From Patescibacteria group bacterium (GTDB taxonomy: Bacteria; Patescibacteriota; Minisyncoccia; Phycocordibacterales; Phycocordibacteraceae), in NCBI GenBank assembly GCA_019744845.1, contig JAIETW010000002.1, positions 69,759-133,758 of the forward strand: a stretch of 64,000 bases of DNA, read 5' to 3'. Position numbers and translations under genes: made by a program. Each line of letters starts with the position of its first letter. The first letter of the stretch is position 1. Under the pieces are notes generated by a model. The model was not told the origin of the DNA and did not search any database. It worked only from the letters and a program-made list of their open reading frames with translations. Below, piece after piece: positions 8,589-17,265 of this stretch.

Positions 8589-9608
8589 ATGAAAAAAATA
8601 CGCGTCGCAATTAATGGATTTGGTCGTATCGGTCGTGCGTTTGTCCGTCAGGTGTGGAATCGTCCGGAAATTGAGTTAGTGGCTATTAATGATCTGGGGT
8701 CTCCAGAAACCGCCGCCTATCTTTTGAAATACGACACCGTGTACGGACGTGCACCATTTTCGGTTGAGCGTCGCGATGGCGTATTGGTGATTAACGGGGC
8801 AGACGTAAAACTTTTTGCAGAAAAGGATCCCATGGCGCTTCCATGGAAGGATCTGGCGATTGATGTGGTGGTTGAAGCGACTGGCGTATTTAACGATTAC
8901 GAAAAGGCGACTGTCCATATTAATGCAGGCGCACGTCGCGTCGTCATTACCGCACCCGCCAAGGGAGATGAAGGGCCAGGGAAGGGAGCAACGGTGCTCA
9001 TGGGAGTAAACGAAGAACTGTTGAAGACCTGTCCAGTGACGAGTAACGCGTCATGTACCACTAACTCAGGCAGTCCGGTAATTGCGATCTTGGATGAGAC
9101 GGTAGGCATTGAGCACGCCATGCTCTCCACCACTCATGCCTATACAGCAACGCAGGCAATTGTAGATGGCGCGTCTAAGAAAGATTTGCGTGAAGGACGT
9201 GCGGCTGCACAAAACATCATTCCATCCTCTACGGGTGCAGCGATTGCGGTGACGAAGGCGTATCCATCACTTGCGGGGAAGTTTGATGGCATCTCACTTC
9301 GTGTGCCAGTACCCGTTGGCTCTATTGCTGATATCACTTTTGTTGCAAAGCGTGATACGAGCGCAGAAGAGATCAATGACATTCTTCGCACAGCTGCAGG
9401 GGAGGCACGTTGGCAGGGTATCTTTGCGGCAACCGATGAGCCGCTTGTTTCAAGTGACATCATTGATGACCGCCATGCGTCTATCGCAGATCTTGCGATG
9501 ACACGCGTCGTTGATAAGCGACTTGTAAAAGTGCTTGCATGGTACGACAACGAAGCAGGATATACGCACACGCTTGTGGAGCATGTGATTAAGGCAGCGA
9601 ATGCGTAG
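8589..9608 (+). CDS. gap: Glyceraldehyde-3-phosphate dehydrogenase
   Basis: MKKIRVAINGFGRIGR Rossmann N-terminus, active-site SNASCTTNS, and the C-terminal WYDNEAGY motif. Start moved to the internal ATG at 8589. Confidence 0.92.
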   Translation: MKKIRVAINGFGRIGRAFVRQVWNRPEIELVAINDLGSPETAAYLLKYDTVYGRAPFSVERRDGVLVINGADVKLFAEKDPMALPWKDLAIDVVVEATGVFNDYEKATVHINAGARRVVITAPAKGDEGPGKGATVLMGVNEELLKTCPVTSNASCTTNSGSPVIAILDETVGIEHAMLSTTHAYTATQAIVDGASKKDLREGRAAAQNIIPSSTGAAIAVTKAYPSLAGKFDGISLRVPVPVGSIADITFVAKRDTSAEEINDILRTAAGEARWQGIFAATDEPLVSSDIIDDRHASIADLAMTRVVDKRLVKVLAWYDNEAGYTHTLVEHVIKAANA

Positions 9609-9613
9609 ACCGT

Positions 9614-10081
9614 ATGAAATTGTTCATCGCCACTGATCACGGGGGATACGAACTCAAGGAAAGCTTGAAGCCGTTTCTTACGGGCTTGGGCCATGAGGTG
9701 GAAGATTGCGGTGCGTTCACGTTTGATAAGGAAGACGATTATCCTGACTTCATTACGCCCTGTGCAGAAAAGGTGGCAGCGACTCCTGGAAGTATGGGCA
9801 TCATCATTGGTGGTTCCGGCCAGGGAGAAGCCATGGCCGCAAACCGGGTGAAGGGTGCTCGTGCAGCCGTGTTTTATGGAGAACCAACTCGGAAACAGAC
9901 GGATAGCGAAGGAAAAGAGATAGATATGATTGCCTCCACTCGGGACCATAACGATGCCAACATCCTTTCTCTAGGAGCTCGGTTTCTGACTGAGGAGGAG
10001 ATACGGGGGAAAATTGAGCAATTCCTTGCCACTCCGTTTTCCAACCATCCTCGCCACCAGCGTCGGATCAATAAGTTCTAA
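9614..10081 (+). CDS. rpiB: Ribose-5-phosphate isomerase B (RpiB/LacAB family)
   Basis: MKLFIATDHGGYELKE N-terminus, an internal GIIIGGSGQGEAMAANR motif, ~155 aa. Confidence 0.85.
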   Translation: MKLFIATDHGGYELKESLKPFLTGLGHEVEDCGAFTFDKEDDYPDFITPCAEKVAATPGSMGIIIGGSGQGEAMAANRVKGARAAVFYGEPTRKQTDSEGKEIDMIASTRDHNDANILSLGARFLTEEEIRGKIEQFLATPFSNHPRHQRRINKF

Positions 10082-10088
10082 GAATATG

Positions 10089-10124
10089 GATACCGTACGA
10101 ATGATGGAGGTACGGTATACTTTT
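10089..10124 (+). terminator. Perfect 9-bp stem hairpin (ATACCGTAC/GTACGGTAT) followed by ACTTTT between rpiB and the first rpe-like gene; possible weak terminator or attenuator
   Basis: Inverted repeat read directly from the sequence, with an 11-nt loop and a short T-run. Confidence 0.3.
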
Positions 10125-10129
10125 AAGCA

Positions 10130-10855
10130 ATGGACGTGAAGGTCGTCCCCGCCGTGCTCCCCACGTCTCGCGACGATCTCGAGCGGCAGCTTAGTGAACT
10201 CTCTGGTGTCACTGACGAAGTGCAGTTGAATATTGTAGATGGAAAGTTCGCCGCTCCGGCGACGTGGCCATACGTGCTTCAAAGTCATGACCTAGAACAT
10301 TTGATTGCACAGCATCGCATGCTGCCAGGGTGGGGGAAGTTTCGCTTTGAAGTAGAGTTGCAGGTGAAGCGTCCTGAAGATGTAGTGGGGACCTGGATTG
10401 CACTTGGCGCGACGCGGCTCACTATTCACGTAGATAGTATTGGTACCCCTGATCGCGTTCTTCGTGATCTTGAGGTGCACTACGGGCACGATAAAGATTT
10501 TGCACCGGATCTTCTCTCCGTAGGATTTGCGCTTGGTGTTGATACTGATTTTAAAGTGGTTGAACCATACATTGATCGTTTGGATTATGTGCAGTTCATG
10601 GGTGTGTCTCGTCTTGGGAAGCATGGGGAACCATTTGAATCAAAAATCATTGATCGCATTAAAGAGTTCCGTAAGAAGCATCCAAGTGTCGCAGTACAGG
10701 TAGATGGGGGAGTATCACGCGCGACGGCCCCTGCGCTTCTTGCCGCAGGGGTCTCTCGTTTGATTGTGGGAAGTGATCTGTGGCGTGCGGAAGATAAGAT
10801 GACTCGGTACAAGGAAATCAAAGTACTTGCTGAGCAGTACGGTATTTATGAGTAG
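10130..10855 (+). CDS. Ribulose-phosphate 3-epimerase family protein (divergent paralog)
   Basis: N-terminal VVPAVLP ... QLNIVDGKFAAP and C-terminal VQVDGGVS follow the Rpe TIM-barrel layout and parallel the next gene. Confidence 0.6.
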   Translation: MDVKVVPAVLPTSRDDLERQLSELSGVTDEVQLNIVDGKFAAPATWPYVLQSHDLEHLIAQHRMLPGWGKFRFEVELQVKRPEDVVGTWIALGATRLTIHVDSIGTPDRVLRDLEVHYGHDKDFAPDLLSVGFALGVDTDFKVVEPYIDRLDYVQFMGVSRLGKHGEPFESKIIDRIKEFRKKHPSVAVQVDGGVSRATAPALLAAGVSRLIVGSDLWRAEDKMTRYKEIKVLAEQYGIYE

Positions 10856-10902
10856 CATGGGGATTTCGGTATTCGTGGTCATGCAGGTAGAATGGCGGCA
10901 AC

Positions 10903-11559
10903 ATGATTGAGATAGTCCCGACGGTCGTCCCGGAGTCTCTACAGGACATCGTTGATACGGTGAATCGGTATAAGTCATTCGCGACTCGTATTCACGTAGA
11001 CGTAGCAGATGGAGTGTTCGCACCGAACACCACCTGGATGCCAGGAGAGGGAGAGATGCTTCCTGAGGGAATGGAGTACGAGATCCACATGATGGTGGCG
11101 GACCCGCATACCATGGGACTTCAGTATGCAAAGGCAGGAGCACATTCTTTGATTGGACACGTAGAAGCGTTTGACGGCGCAGAGAATGCGGCACGTGCAT
11201 ATGACGCCTGGCGCGCGGCAGGTATTTCTGAAGTACAGGCAGCGGCCCTCTTCCAGACCAAGGTAGAGGATCTTGCTGCGTACGTGCCGATCAGTGACCT
11301 GATTCTTCTTATGACTATTGCCTCTATCGGGGTACAGGGCATTCCGTTTGAAGAAGAGGGCATTACCCGTATACAGAAGTTCCATGCACTCTGTCCCGAC
11401 ACCAAGATTGCCGTAGATGGGGGAGTGTCCATGAAAAACATTGATCGCTTGGTAGGAGCCGGCGCACGACACTGCTGTGTGGGCTCTGCGATCTCTCGCA
11501 CCGAGGACCCTGCAAAGTCCTACCAGGACCTCATCGCACTCGGGAACACTGCGCTATAA
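10903..11559 (+). CDS. rpe: Ribulose-phosphate 3-epimerase
   Basis: IHVDVADGVFAPNTT (the H-x-D-x-x-D-G-x-F-x-P-N motif), a C-terminal IAVDGGVS, and ~218 aa. Confidence 0.75.
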   Translation: MIEIVPTVVPESLQDIVDTVNRYKSFATRIHVDVADGVFAPNTTWMPGEGEMLPEGMEYEIHMMVADPHTMGLQYAKAGAHSLIGHVEAFDGAENAARAYDAWRAAGISEVQAAALFQTKVEDLAAYVPISDLILLMTIASIGVQGIPFEEEGITRIQKFHALCPDTKIAVDGGVSMKNIDRLVGAGARHCCVGSAISRTEDPAKSYQDLIALGNTAL

Positions 11560-11569
11560 TCCTTTCTAT

Positions 11570-12409
11570 ATGGCCCTCACCGACGAGACCCTACAGGCAC
11601 TTGAAGACAAGGCGCGAGAGATTCGCATTACTGTCCTCCGGATGTTGAATGCCGCAAAGAGCGGCCACACGTCGGGACCTCTCGGCATGGCTGATATTTT
11701 CACTGCGCTCTATTTTCATAGCGCAAAACATGATCCGAAGAATCCTGACTGGGCAGAGCGTGACCGCATCGTGCTTTCAAACGGACACATCACGCCGATT
11801 CGTTACGCCACTATGGCGCATGCAGGATACTTCCCAGTTGAAGAGTGTTTGACGCTTCGTAAGCTCGGCAGTCGTCTTCAGGGACATCCTGAGCGCGAAA
11901 AGCTTCCTGGTCTTGAAAGCACCTCAGGTCCACTTGGCTCAGGACTTTCGCAGGCATCTGGTATGGCGTACGCGCTTCGCATGGATAAAAATAATGCACG
12001 CGTCTTCTGTTTGACCTCAGACGGAGAACAGCAGGAAGGAAACACCTGGGAGGGTGCAATGTTTGCAGGCAAGTATCGCCTCTACAACCTCATCCAGATC
12101 ATGGACCGTAACAACATTCAGATTGAAGGAAACACAGAGGACATCATGCCGCTTGAACCCCTTGCGGATAAGTATCGTGCATTCAATTGGCACGTGATTG
12201 AAATTGATGGGCACAACATGCGTGACATCATTGATGCGATTGATGAAGCAAAAGCAGTGCGCGAGAAGCCAACACTTATTCTTGCCCGCACCATTCCTGG
12301 TAAGGGAGTGAAAGATATTGAGTACGATTACAAATGGCACGGGAAGCCACCGTCTGATGAAGAGCTTCCGCGCTTCATTGAGCAGGTAGAAGCCACCAAA
12401 ACCGTATGA
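11570..12409 (+). CDS. Transketolase, N-terminal (TPP-binding) subunit of split enzyme
   Basis: GHTSGPLGMADIFTALYF and GSRLQGHPE motifs; GDGEQQEGNTWEGAMFAGKY TPP-binding region. Start moved to the ATG at 11570 just after the upstream stop. Confidence 0.9.
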   Translation: MALTDETLQALEDKAREIRITVLRMLNAAKSGHTSGPLGMADIFTALYFHSAKHDPKNPDWAERDRIVLSNGHITPIRYATMAHAGYFPVEECLTLRKLGSRLQGHPEREKLPGLESTSGPLGSGLSQASGMAYALRMDKNNARVFCLTSDGEQQEGNTWEGAMFAGKYRLYNLIQIMDRNNIQIEGNTEDIMPLEPLADKYRAFNWHVIEIDGHNMRDIIDAIDEAKAVREKPTLILARTIPGKGVKDIEYDYKWHGKPPSDEELPRFIEQVEATKTV

Positions 12410-13392
12410 TTAATCCACTCGCAAAACTTGTTCCAGGACTTCTTGAGGGGAAGCCGGAAAAGAAACCGACCCGTGATGGGTTTGGAAACGGTACGGTAGA
12501 AGCAGGGAAGGAGAATCCAAATGTGGTGGTGCTCTCTGCAGACCTCGGTGACTCTACGCGTGCCGCGTGGTTCCAGAAGGAATTCCCTGACCGCTATGTA
12601 GAAGTAGGGGTCGCAGAACAGAACCTTGCGACGGTGGGTTCTGGCATGGCAAATGAAGGAAAGATTCCTTTCATTGCGTCATACGCTGCTTTTTCTCCCG
12701 GACGTAACTGGGAGCAGATTCGCACCACGATTGCGCTCAATAATATGCCGGTAAAAGTGTGTGGTATGCATGCCGGGATTCAAACGGGTCCCGATGGCGC
12801 AACGCACCAGATGCTTGAAGACATCGCGCTTATGCGTGCGATGCCAAACATGATCGTGATGGTGCCAGGAGATGCAGAGGAAGGAAAGAAATGTGCCGTT
12901 GCGGCTGCGCGCAACAATCGTCCGACCTACATTCGCTATGGACGTGCAAGTGAGCCTGTATTCACGACCCCTGAAACACCGTTTGAGGTAGGGAAGGCAC
13001 TCAACCTTTGGGAGAGTGCGAATCCAAAGGTTGCGATTTTTACGACGGGCTCTATTGCATACCAGGCACTTGTTGCCGCAAAGACGCTCGCTGAACAAGG
13101 GGTGGACGTCATCGTCACCCATTTCCACACAGTGAAGCCGATTGATCGTGAGGCGATTATCACTGCCGCAAAGAACATTGGGAAGATTATTACTCTGGAA
13201 GAGCACCAGACCACCGGAGGATTTGGAAGTGCGGTCGCGGAGGTGGTGACTGAAGAATATCCCGTGCAGGTGATTCGTATGGGAGTACAGGATGAGTTCG
13301 GGCAGTCGGGAGAAGCGGACGAACTTATGGAGCACTACAAACTCACCGCTCCCCACATCGTGGCGAAAGTGAAGAGTGTGACGGGCGTATAA
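12406..13392 (+). CDS. Transketolase, C-terminal (pyrimidine-binding) subunit
   Basis: Pyrimidine-binding and C-terminal domain motifs (GVAEQNLATVGSGMA; IRYGRASEP). ATG overlaps the upstream stop. Confidence 0.9.
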   Translation: MINPLAKLVPGLLEGKPEKKPTRDGFGNGTVEAGKENPNVVVLSADLGDSTRAAWFQKEFPDRYVEVGVAEQNLATVGSGMANEGKIPFIASYAAFSPGRNWEQIRTTIALNNMPVKVCGMHAGIQTGPDGATHQMLEDIALMRAMPNMIVMVPGDAEEGKKCAVAAARNNRPTYIRYGRASEPVFTTPETPFEVGKALNLWESANPKVAIFTTGSIAYQALVAAKTLAEQGVDVIVTHFHTVKPIDREAIITAAKNIGKIITLEEHQTTGGFGSAVAEVVTEEYPVQVIRMGVQDEFGQSGEADELMEHYKLTAPHIVAKVKSVTGV

Positions 13393-13399
13393 TATCGCT

Positions 13400-13570
13400 A
13401 TGGGAAAACAGCGCGTTGATCCACACGTAGAGAAAGGGTTTGCGCTTCTCTTGGTAGTCATGGTTTCTCTTGCGATTGGATATCTTATTTCGCAGGCAAT
13501 GACACACAATAAATTTGAACGCTCGGAGCAGACTGTAGAAGAGAAGATTAAAGAGAGCGATAAGGAATAG
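13400..13570 (+). CDS. Possible small single-TM protein (56 aa) filling the tkt-fbp gap
   Basis: ATG-to-TAG ORF fits exactly between two genes, with a hydrophobic core LLLVVMVSLAIGYLI. It is below the 60-aa track cutoff and has no homology signal. Confidence 0.25.
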   Translation: MGKQRVDPHVEKGFALLLVVMVSLAIGYLISQAMTHNKFERSEQTVEEKIKESDKE

Positions 13571-13571
13571 T

Positions 13572-14495
13572 ATGGCGACCTTGAAAGAGCATCTTATAGA
13601 ACTTGGTATAGACGCAGGACTCACGTCTATTCTTCTTGATCTTGCGAAGGTAGAGGTAGAGATCTACGACTCTATTCGTATGCGCGACATGGTGAAGAGG
13701 GGAGACACGAATGCGACGGGCGACACACAGTCCGCGCTTGATCTTACGTCTGAAGAACTCATTGCAAAAACCCTTGATGCAAATAGCCATGTCTGTTCGC
13801 ACCTCTCTGAAGAGTGTGTGGATCTGAAGACCTGTTCGGCGACTGGTACCTACTTTGTCTCGTATGATCCGTATGACGGCGGGTCGGTCGGAGATGCCGA
13901 TATTACCGTCGGCTCTATCTTTGGTGTCTGGAGCGAGCCACCAATGCTTGGAGACGCCGCAGGGAAGAACATTATCTGTGGTGCATACACGCTCTGGGGA
14001 CCGAACCTCGCGTTTGCGTTTGCGACGCGTGAGTATGGTGCGTTTTGGTATGAGTATGACGGAAGCGAGTATCAGCTCATTGGTCCTCTTAACTTTGACC
14101 AGGAAGGACTCCACAAAGGAATCTTCTGTCCTGGAGATAGTCCTGCGATGCTTACGAGTGCTGCGTATGAAGGATTGTTTAAATACGCAATGGAGCAAAA
14201 GTTCCGTCTTCGCTACACCGGCTGCTGCATGACCGACACACACCATGTCCTTCATAAGAAGGGAATGTTCTGGTATCCACCAGGTAAGAAGGGAGGGCTT
14301 CGTCTTATGTACGAAGCCGTTCCACTTGGATTTATGGTGATTGCCGCAGGGGGCACCGCGATAGATCACACGGGCGCGAATCTCTTAGAGGTACCGTTGA
14401 ACGAATGGCACCAGCGCTCCTCACTTATGTTTGTGTCTCCTGGATACGAAAAGGAAGCGACCGAGCGCTTCCTTGAAGTAGGGAAAGGAAATTAA
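13572..14495 (+). CDS. fbp: Fructose-1,6-bisphosphatase class 1
   Basis: SYDPYDGGSVGDADITVGSIFGVW matches the FBPase class I metal-binding/active-site block (DPLDGSSN ... GTIF), ~307 aa. Confidence 0.85.
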   Translation: MATLKEHLIELGIDAGLTSILLDLAKVEVEIYDSIRMRDMVKRGDTNATGDTQSALDLTSEELIAKTLDANSHVCSHLSEECVDLKTCSATGTYFVSYDPYDGGSVGDADITVGSIFGVWSEPPMLGDAAGKNIICGAYTLWGPNLAFAFATREYGAFWYEYDGSEYQLIGPLNFDQEGLHKGIFCPGDSPAMLTSAAYEGLFKYAMEQKFRLRYTGCCMTDTHHVLHKKGMFWYPPGKKGGLRLMYEAVPLGFMVIAAGGTAIDHTGANLLEVPLNEWHQRSSLMFVSPGYEKEATERFLEVGKGN

Positions 14496-15481
14496 ATTTC
14501 CTTAATTGCGTACTCCGTCGGTGCTTTGGCGAGATATTCTTCCAATGCTTTTCTCGGAAGGAGTCCGCGCTGTGCACCGATGTCCTGCACGACGGACATA
14601 GAGTTCACTGGGCCCCAGAGAAGTGCTTCCTGAAGTGTCTTACCGAGGGTGAGTGCTGCAGCCACAGTGGAAGCGAATGCGTCTCCTGCACCGGTGCGTT
14701 CTTTGGGAGCGCGAACATCTGGATACATAGGAACAAAGAATGTCTTGGTGCCATCATACGCGTACGCACCATTACGTCCGTCGGTGATAAGTGCAATTTT
14801 TGGACCAAGCGCGCGCATCTTCTCTAGAAGTTCTTTGATGTCTTGAGGGCCGGAGAGACCGAGAATGCGCTCCGCTTCTTCTTTATTGACGACGACAAAG
14901 TCTGCGCGCTTGTAGATACGCGCAAGCTTTTCAATACCAAGTTTCATCTGGAAGGTGCCAGGTTGAAACGCAAAGAATACTTCAGGATGCGCTTCTGCGT
15001 ATGCAGCAACCTGGTCGTGATATTCCTCTGTGCCTTCTCCAAGAGAAGAGAGATAAATGGTCTTTGGCTTGGGAAGCTTGGGAAGCGCGTAGGGGTAGTG
15101 CTCGTGCTTCACGAGGATGGTGCGCTCACTTTCAAAGGAGAGCACATAGTGATGATTCGTCGGGATACCCGCGTGCAGCTTCACGAACTTCGTATCAATC
15201 TTTTCTTTTTTGAATACGTTCAAGATCTCTTTCCCGTAGGCATCCTTTCCGGTGTTTGTGACAAAGGCCGTCTTAAGGCCAAGGCGAGCCGCAGACACCG
15301 CGGCATTTGCGGCATTACCCACGCCGGCGACCATGACTGCGGATTTAAAGGGGATCTTATCGCCCCATCGCATAGAAATCTCACACTCTTCATCATCAAT
15401 CTTGCAGTGTACGCGTGCGTCCTGCAGCTCAATAAACTCATCAACAACCGTATCACCAATGGAAATAAATTCTGTAGTCAT
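14492..15481 (-). CDS. PfkB-family carbohydrate kinase (ribokinase-like)
   Basis: C-terminal TGAGDAFASTVAAAL PfkB signature 2 and a GVGNAANAAV-type N-terminal region, ~329 aa. It is the only minus-strand gene in the sugar-phosphate cluster. Confidence 0.8.
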   Translation of the reverse strand: MTTEFISIGDTVVDEFIELQDARVHCKIDDEECEISMRWGDKIPFKSAVMVAGVGNAANAAVSAARLGLKTAFVTNTGKDAYGKEILNVFKKEKIDTKFVKLHAGIPTNHHYVLSFESERTILVKHEHYPYALPKLPKPKTIYLSSLGEGTEEYHDQVAAYAEAHPEVFFAFQPGTFQMKLGIEKLARIYKRADFVVVNKEEAERILGLSGPQDIKELLEKMRALGPKIALITDGRNGAYAYDGTKTFFVPMYPDVRAPKERTGAGDAFASTVAAALTLGKTLQEALLWGPVNSMSVVQDIGAQRGLLPRKALEEYLAKAPTEYAIKEI

Positions 15482-15513
15482 AGGGAAAAGTGTAGCATGC
15501 TATCCTTTTAGTA

Positions 15514-16494
15514 ATGATTGATCTTGAAGCCTGCGCACGGTCTCTCGTCGCCGAAGGGAAGGGACTTCTTGCGCTTGATGAAAGCGATGAGGCACTTGAT
15601 GCGCGATTTTCCGCGGTGGGGATCACACCATCTGCACCACTTAGAAAGAAATACCATGATCTGCTTCTTCAGACGCCTGGTATAGAAGAGTGTATTTCAG
15701 GTGTCCTGCTCTCTAAAGGAGGTGTAACAACCTATGCAAAGACTCTTCACGACCGGAACATCGTTCCTGGAATTCGTGCAGATGAAGGAGCAGAGCCAAT
15801 GGGCGAGAGTGAGCACGAGTGTCTCACCAAAGGGCTTATTAGCCTTCCAGAGCTACTTACCGAGTCTCGGAAAATGCATCACACAGGCTTTGCGAAGTGG
15901 CGTGCACTTATTCGTATTAACGGGGATCATCTGCCGACCGCGAATGCAGTCGTGGAGAACGCAAAACGACTTGCGATGTATGCACGCCAGGTACAGGAAC
16001 ACGGAATGGTGCCTATCGTAGAGATGGAAGTAAGCAGCGAAGGATCGCATAGTCGTCTTCGTGCAAAAGCAGTGACTGAGGAAGCGCTGTCTGCCCTCGT
16101 GCACGCGCTTGAAGATCAGGCGATTGATCTTTCCGGCGTGCTTGTAGAGACGTCTATGGTGCGTTCGGGAAAAGAGAGTGGACGAATAGACTCACCAGAA
16201 GAAGTGGCTGCAGATACCCTTGAGGTACTTCAAAAGGTCGTTCCTCGTCATGTACTTGGGATCGTCTTTCTTTCCGGAGGACAGACACCAGACCAGGCCA
16301 CTGACAATCTGCGTGCGATCGTACAGGCCGGAAAGAAGGGAAATGCGCCCTGGCCGCTCACGTTTTGCTATGCTCGTGCCCTTCAGGAAGAGGCACTCGC
16401 CATATGGGGAGGAAAGGAGGAGCATGCGGGTGCCGCCGAGGAAGCCTTCCTCACACGCCTACGGAAAGTAGGGGCCGCTGCCCGTGGGGAGTAG
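15514..16494 (+). CDS. fba: Fructose-bisphosphate aldolase class I
   Basis: GKGLLALDESDEALDARFSAVGI ... LLLQTPGIEECISGVLL parallels the class I FBA N-terminal block (GKGILAADES ... RQLL ... GVIL); 326 aa. Confidence 0.8.
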   Translation: MIDLEACARSLVAEGKGLLALDESDEALDARFSAVGITPSAPLRKKYHDLLLQTPGIEECISGVLLSKGGVTTYAKTLHDRNIVPGIRADEGAEPMGESEHECLTKGLISLPELLTESRKMHHTGFAKWRALIRINGDHLPTANAVVENAKRLAMYARQVQEHGMVPIVEMEVSSEGSHSRLRAKAVTEEALSALVHALEDQAIDLSGVLVETSMVRSGKESGRIDSPEEVAADTLEVLQKVVPRHVLGIVFLSGGQTPDQATDNLRAIVQAGKKGNAPWPLTFCYARALQEEALAIWGGKEEHAGAAEEAFLTRLRKVGAAARGE

Positions 16495-16540
16495 GGAGCG
16501 CTTGATTTTATGGGGTTGGTAGGGCATACTCGCCCCTATC

Positions 16541-17185
16541 ATGCTTACGCTTACAGTTACGAAACGAGAGGAGACCGGCAAGCGCTCAAAGCGCCTTTTG
16601 AATGACGGATTCATGCCGGCAGTGGTTTATGGACCAAAGCAGGAGGCCACGGCAATCACCGTGCCACTTTCTGACTTTGTGAAGATGCTTAAGAAGGCAG
16701 GAGAGTCCTCAGTGATTGAGCTCTCAGGTCTCGGCGCATCAATGCAGGTGCTTGTGCACGAGGTAGACCGCGATCCAATTACGGACGCACCTCGCCACGC
16801 AGACTTCTATGCAATTGAGAAGGGTGCCAAGGTTGAAGTTGCGGTACCACTTACCTACGTTGGTGAGTCTCCAGCGGTGAAGGCAGGCGCAAACCTTGTG
16901 AAGGTGCTTCACGAGCTTGAGATTAAGGCGGATGCTGCAAACCTTCCTCATGACATTGAGGTAGACATCTCTGGTCTTGCTGCGATTGGTGATCAGGTTC
17001 TTGTATCTGACCTTACGATTCCTGCAGGTGTTGGAGTTGAGGTAGAGGCAGATCAGGTGGTTGCGGTCATCCAGGAGCTCACCGTTGAAGAGGAGGCACC
17101 AGTTGCCGGTCCTGACATGGCATCTATTGAAGTAGAGAAGAAAGGAAAGACTGAAGAGGAAGGAGGAGACGCCCCGAAGGAATAA
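16541..17185 (+). CDS. rplY: 50S ribosomal protein L25 (general stress protein Ctc form)
   Basis: TVTKREETGKRSKRLLNDGFMPAVVYG N-terminus and an acidic C-terminal extension. Confidence 0.85.
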   Translation: MLTLTVTKREETGKRSKRLLNDGFMPAVVYGPKQEATAITVPLSDFVKMLKKAGESSVIELSGLGASMQVLVHEVDRDPITDAPRHADFYAIEKGAKVEVAVPLTYVGESPAVKAGANLVKVLHELEIKADAANLPHDIEVDISGLAAIGDQVLVSDLTIPAGVGVEVEADQVVAVIQELTVEEEAPVAGPDMASIEVEKKGKTEEEGGDAPKE

Positions 17186-17197
17186 TCTTCATGAACA

Positions 17198-17220
17198 CGC
17201 CGGTCACACCGGCGTTTTTT
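17198..17220 (+). terminator. Rho-independent terminator after rplY
   Basis: CGCCGG-TCACA-CCGGCG stem-loop followed by TTTTTT. Confidence 0.6.
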
Positions 17221-17265
17221 GTAATCCAGACGACAAAAGGTCGTCTGTTATACTGAAAGACATAT

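Noticed and set aside
9140-9949. 269-aa minus-strand ORF
   Set aside because: Lies entirely antisense to gap and rpiB, which have unambiguous motifs. Ser/Ala/Arg-rich composition is typical of a shadow ORF in a GC-moderate coding region.
12679-13509. 276-aa minus-strand ORF
   Set aside because: Antisense to the transketolase C-terminal subunit; no motifs; shadow ORF.
13548-14369. 273-aa minus-strand ORF
   Set aside because: Antisense to fbp, whose FBPase class I block is clear; shadow ORF.
14843-15511. 222-aa plus-strand ORF
   Set aside because: Antisense to the PfkB kinase, which carries the GAGDAF signature on the minus strand.
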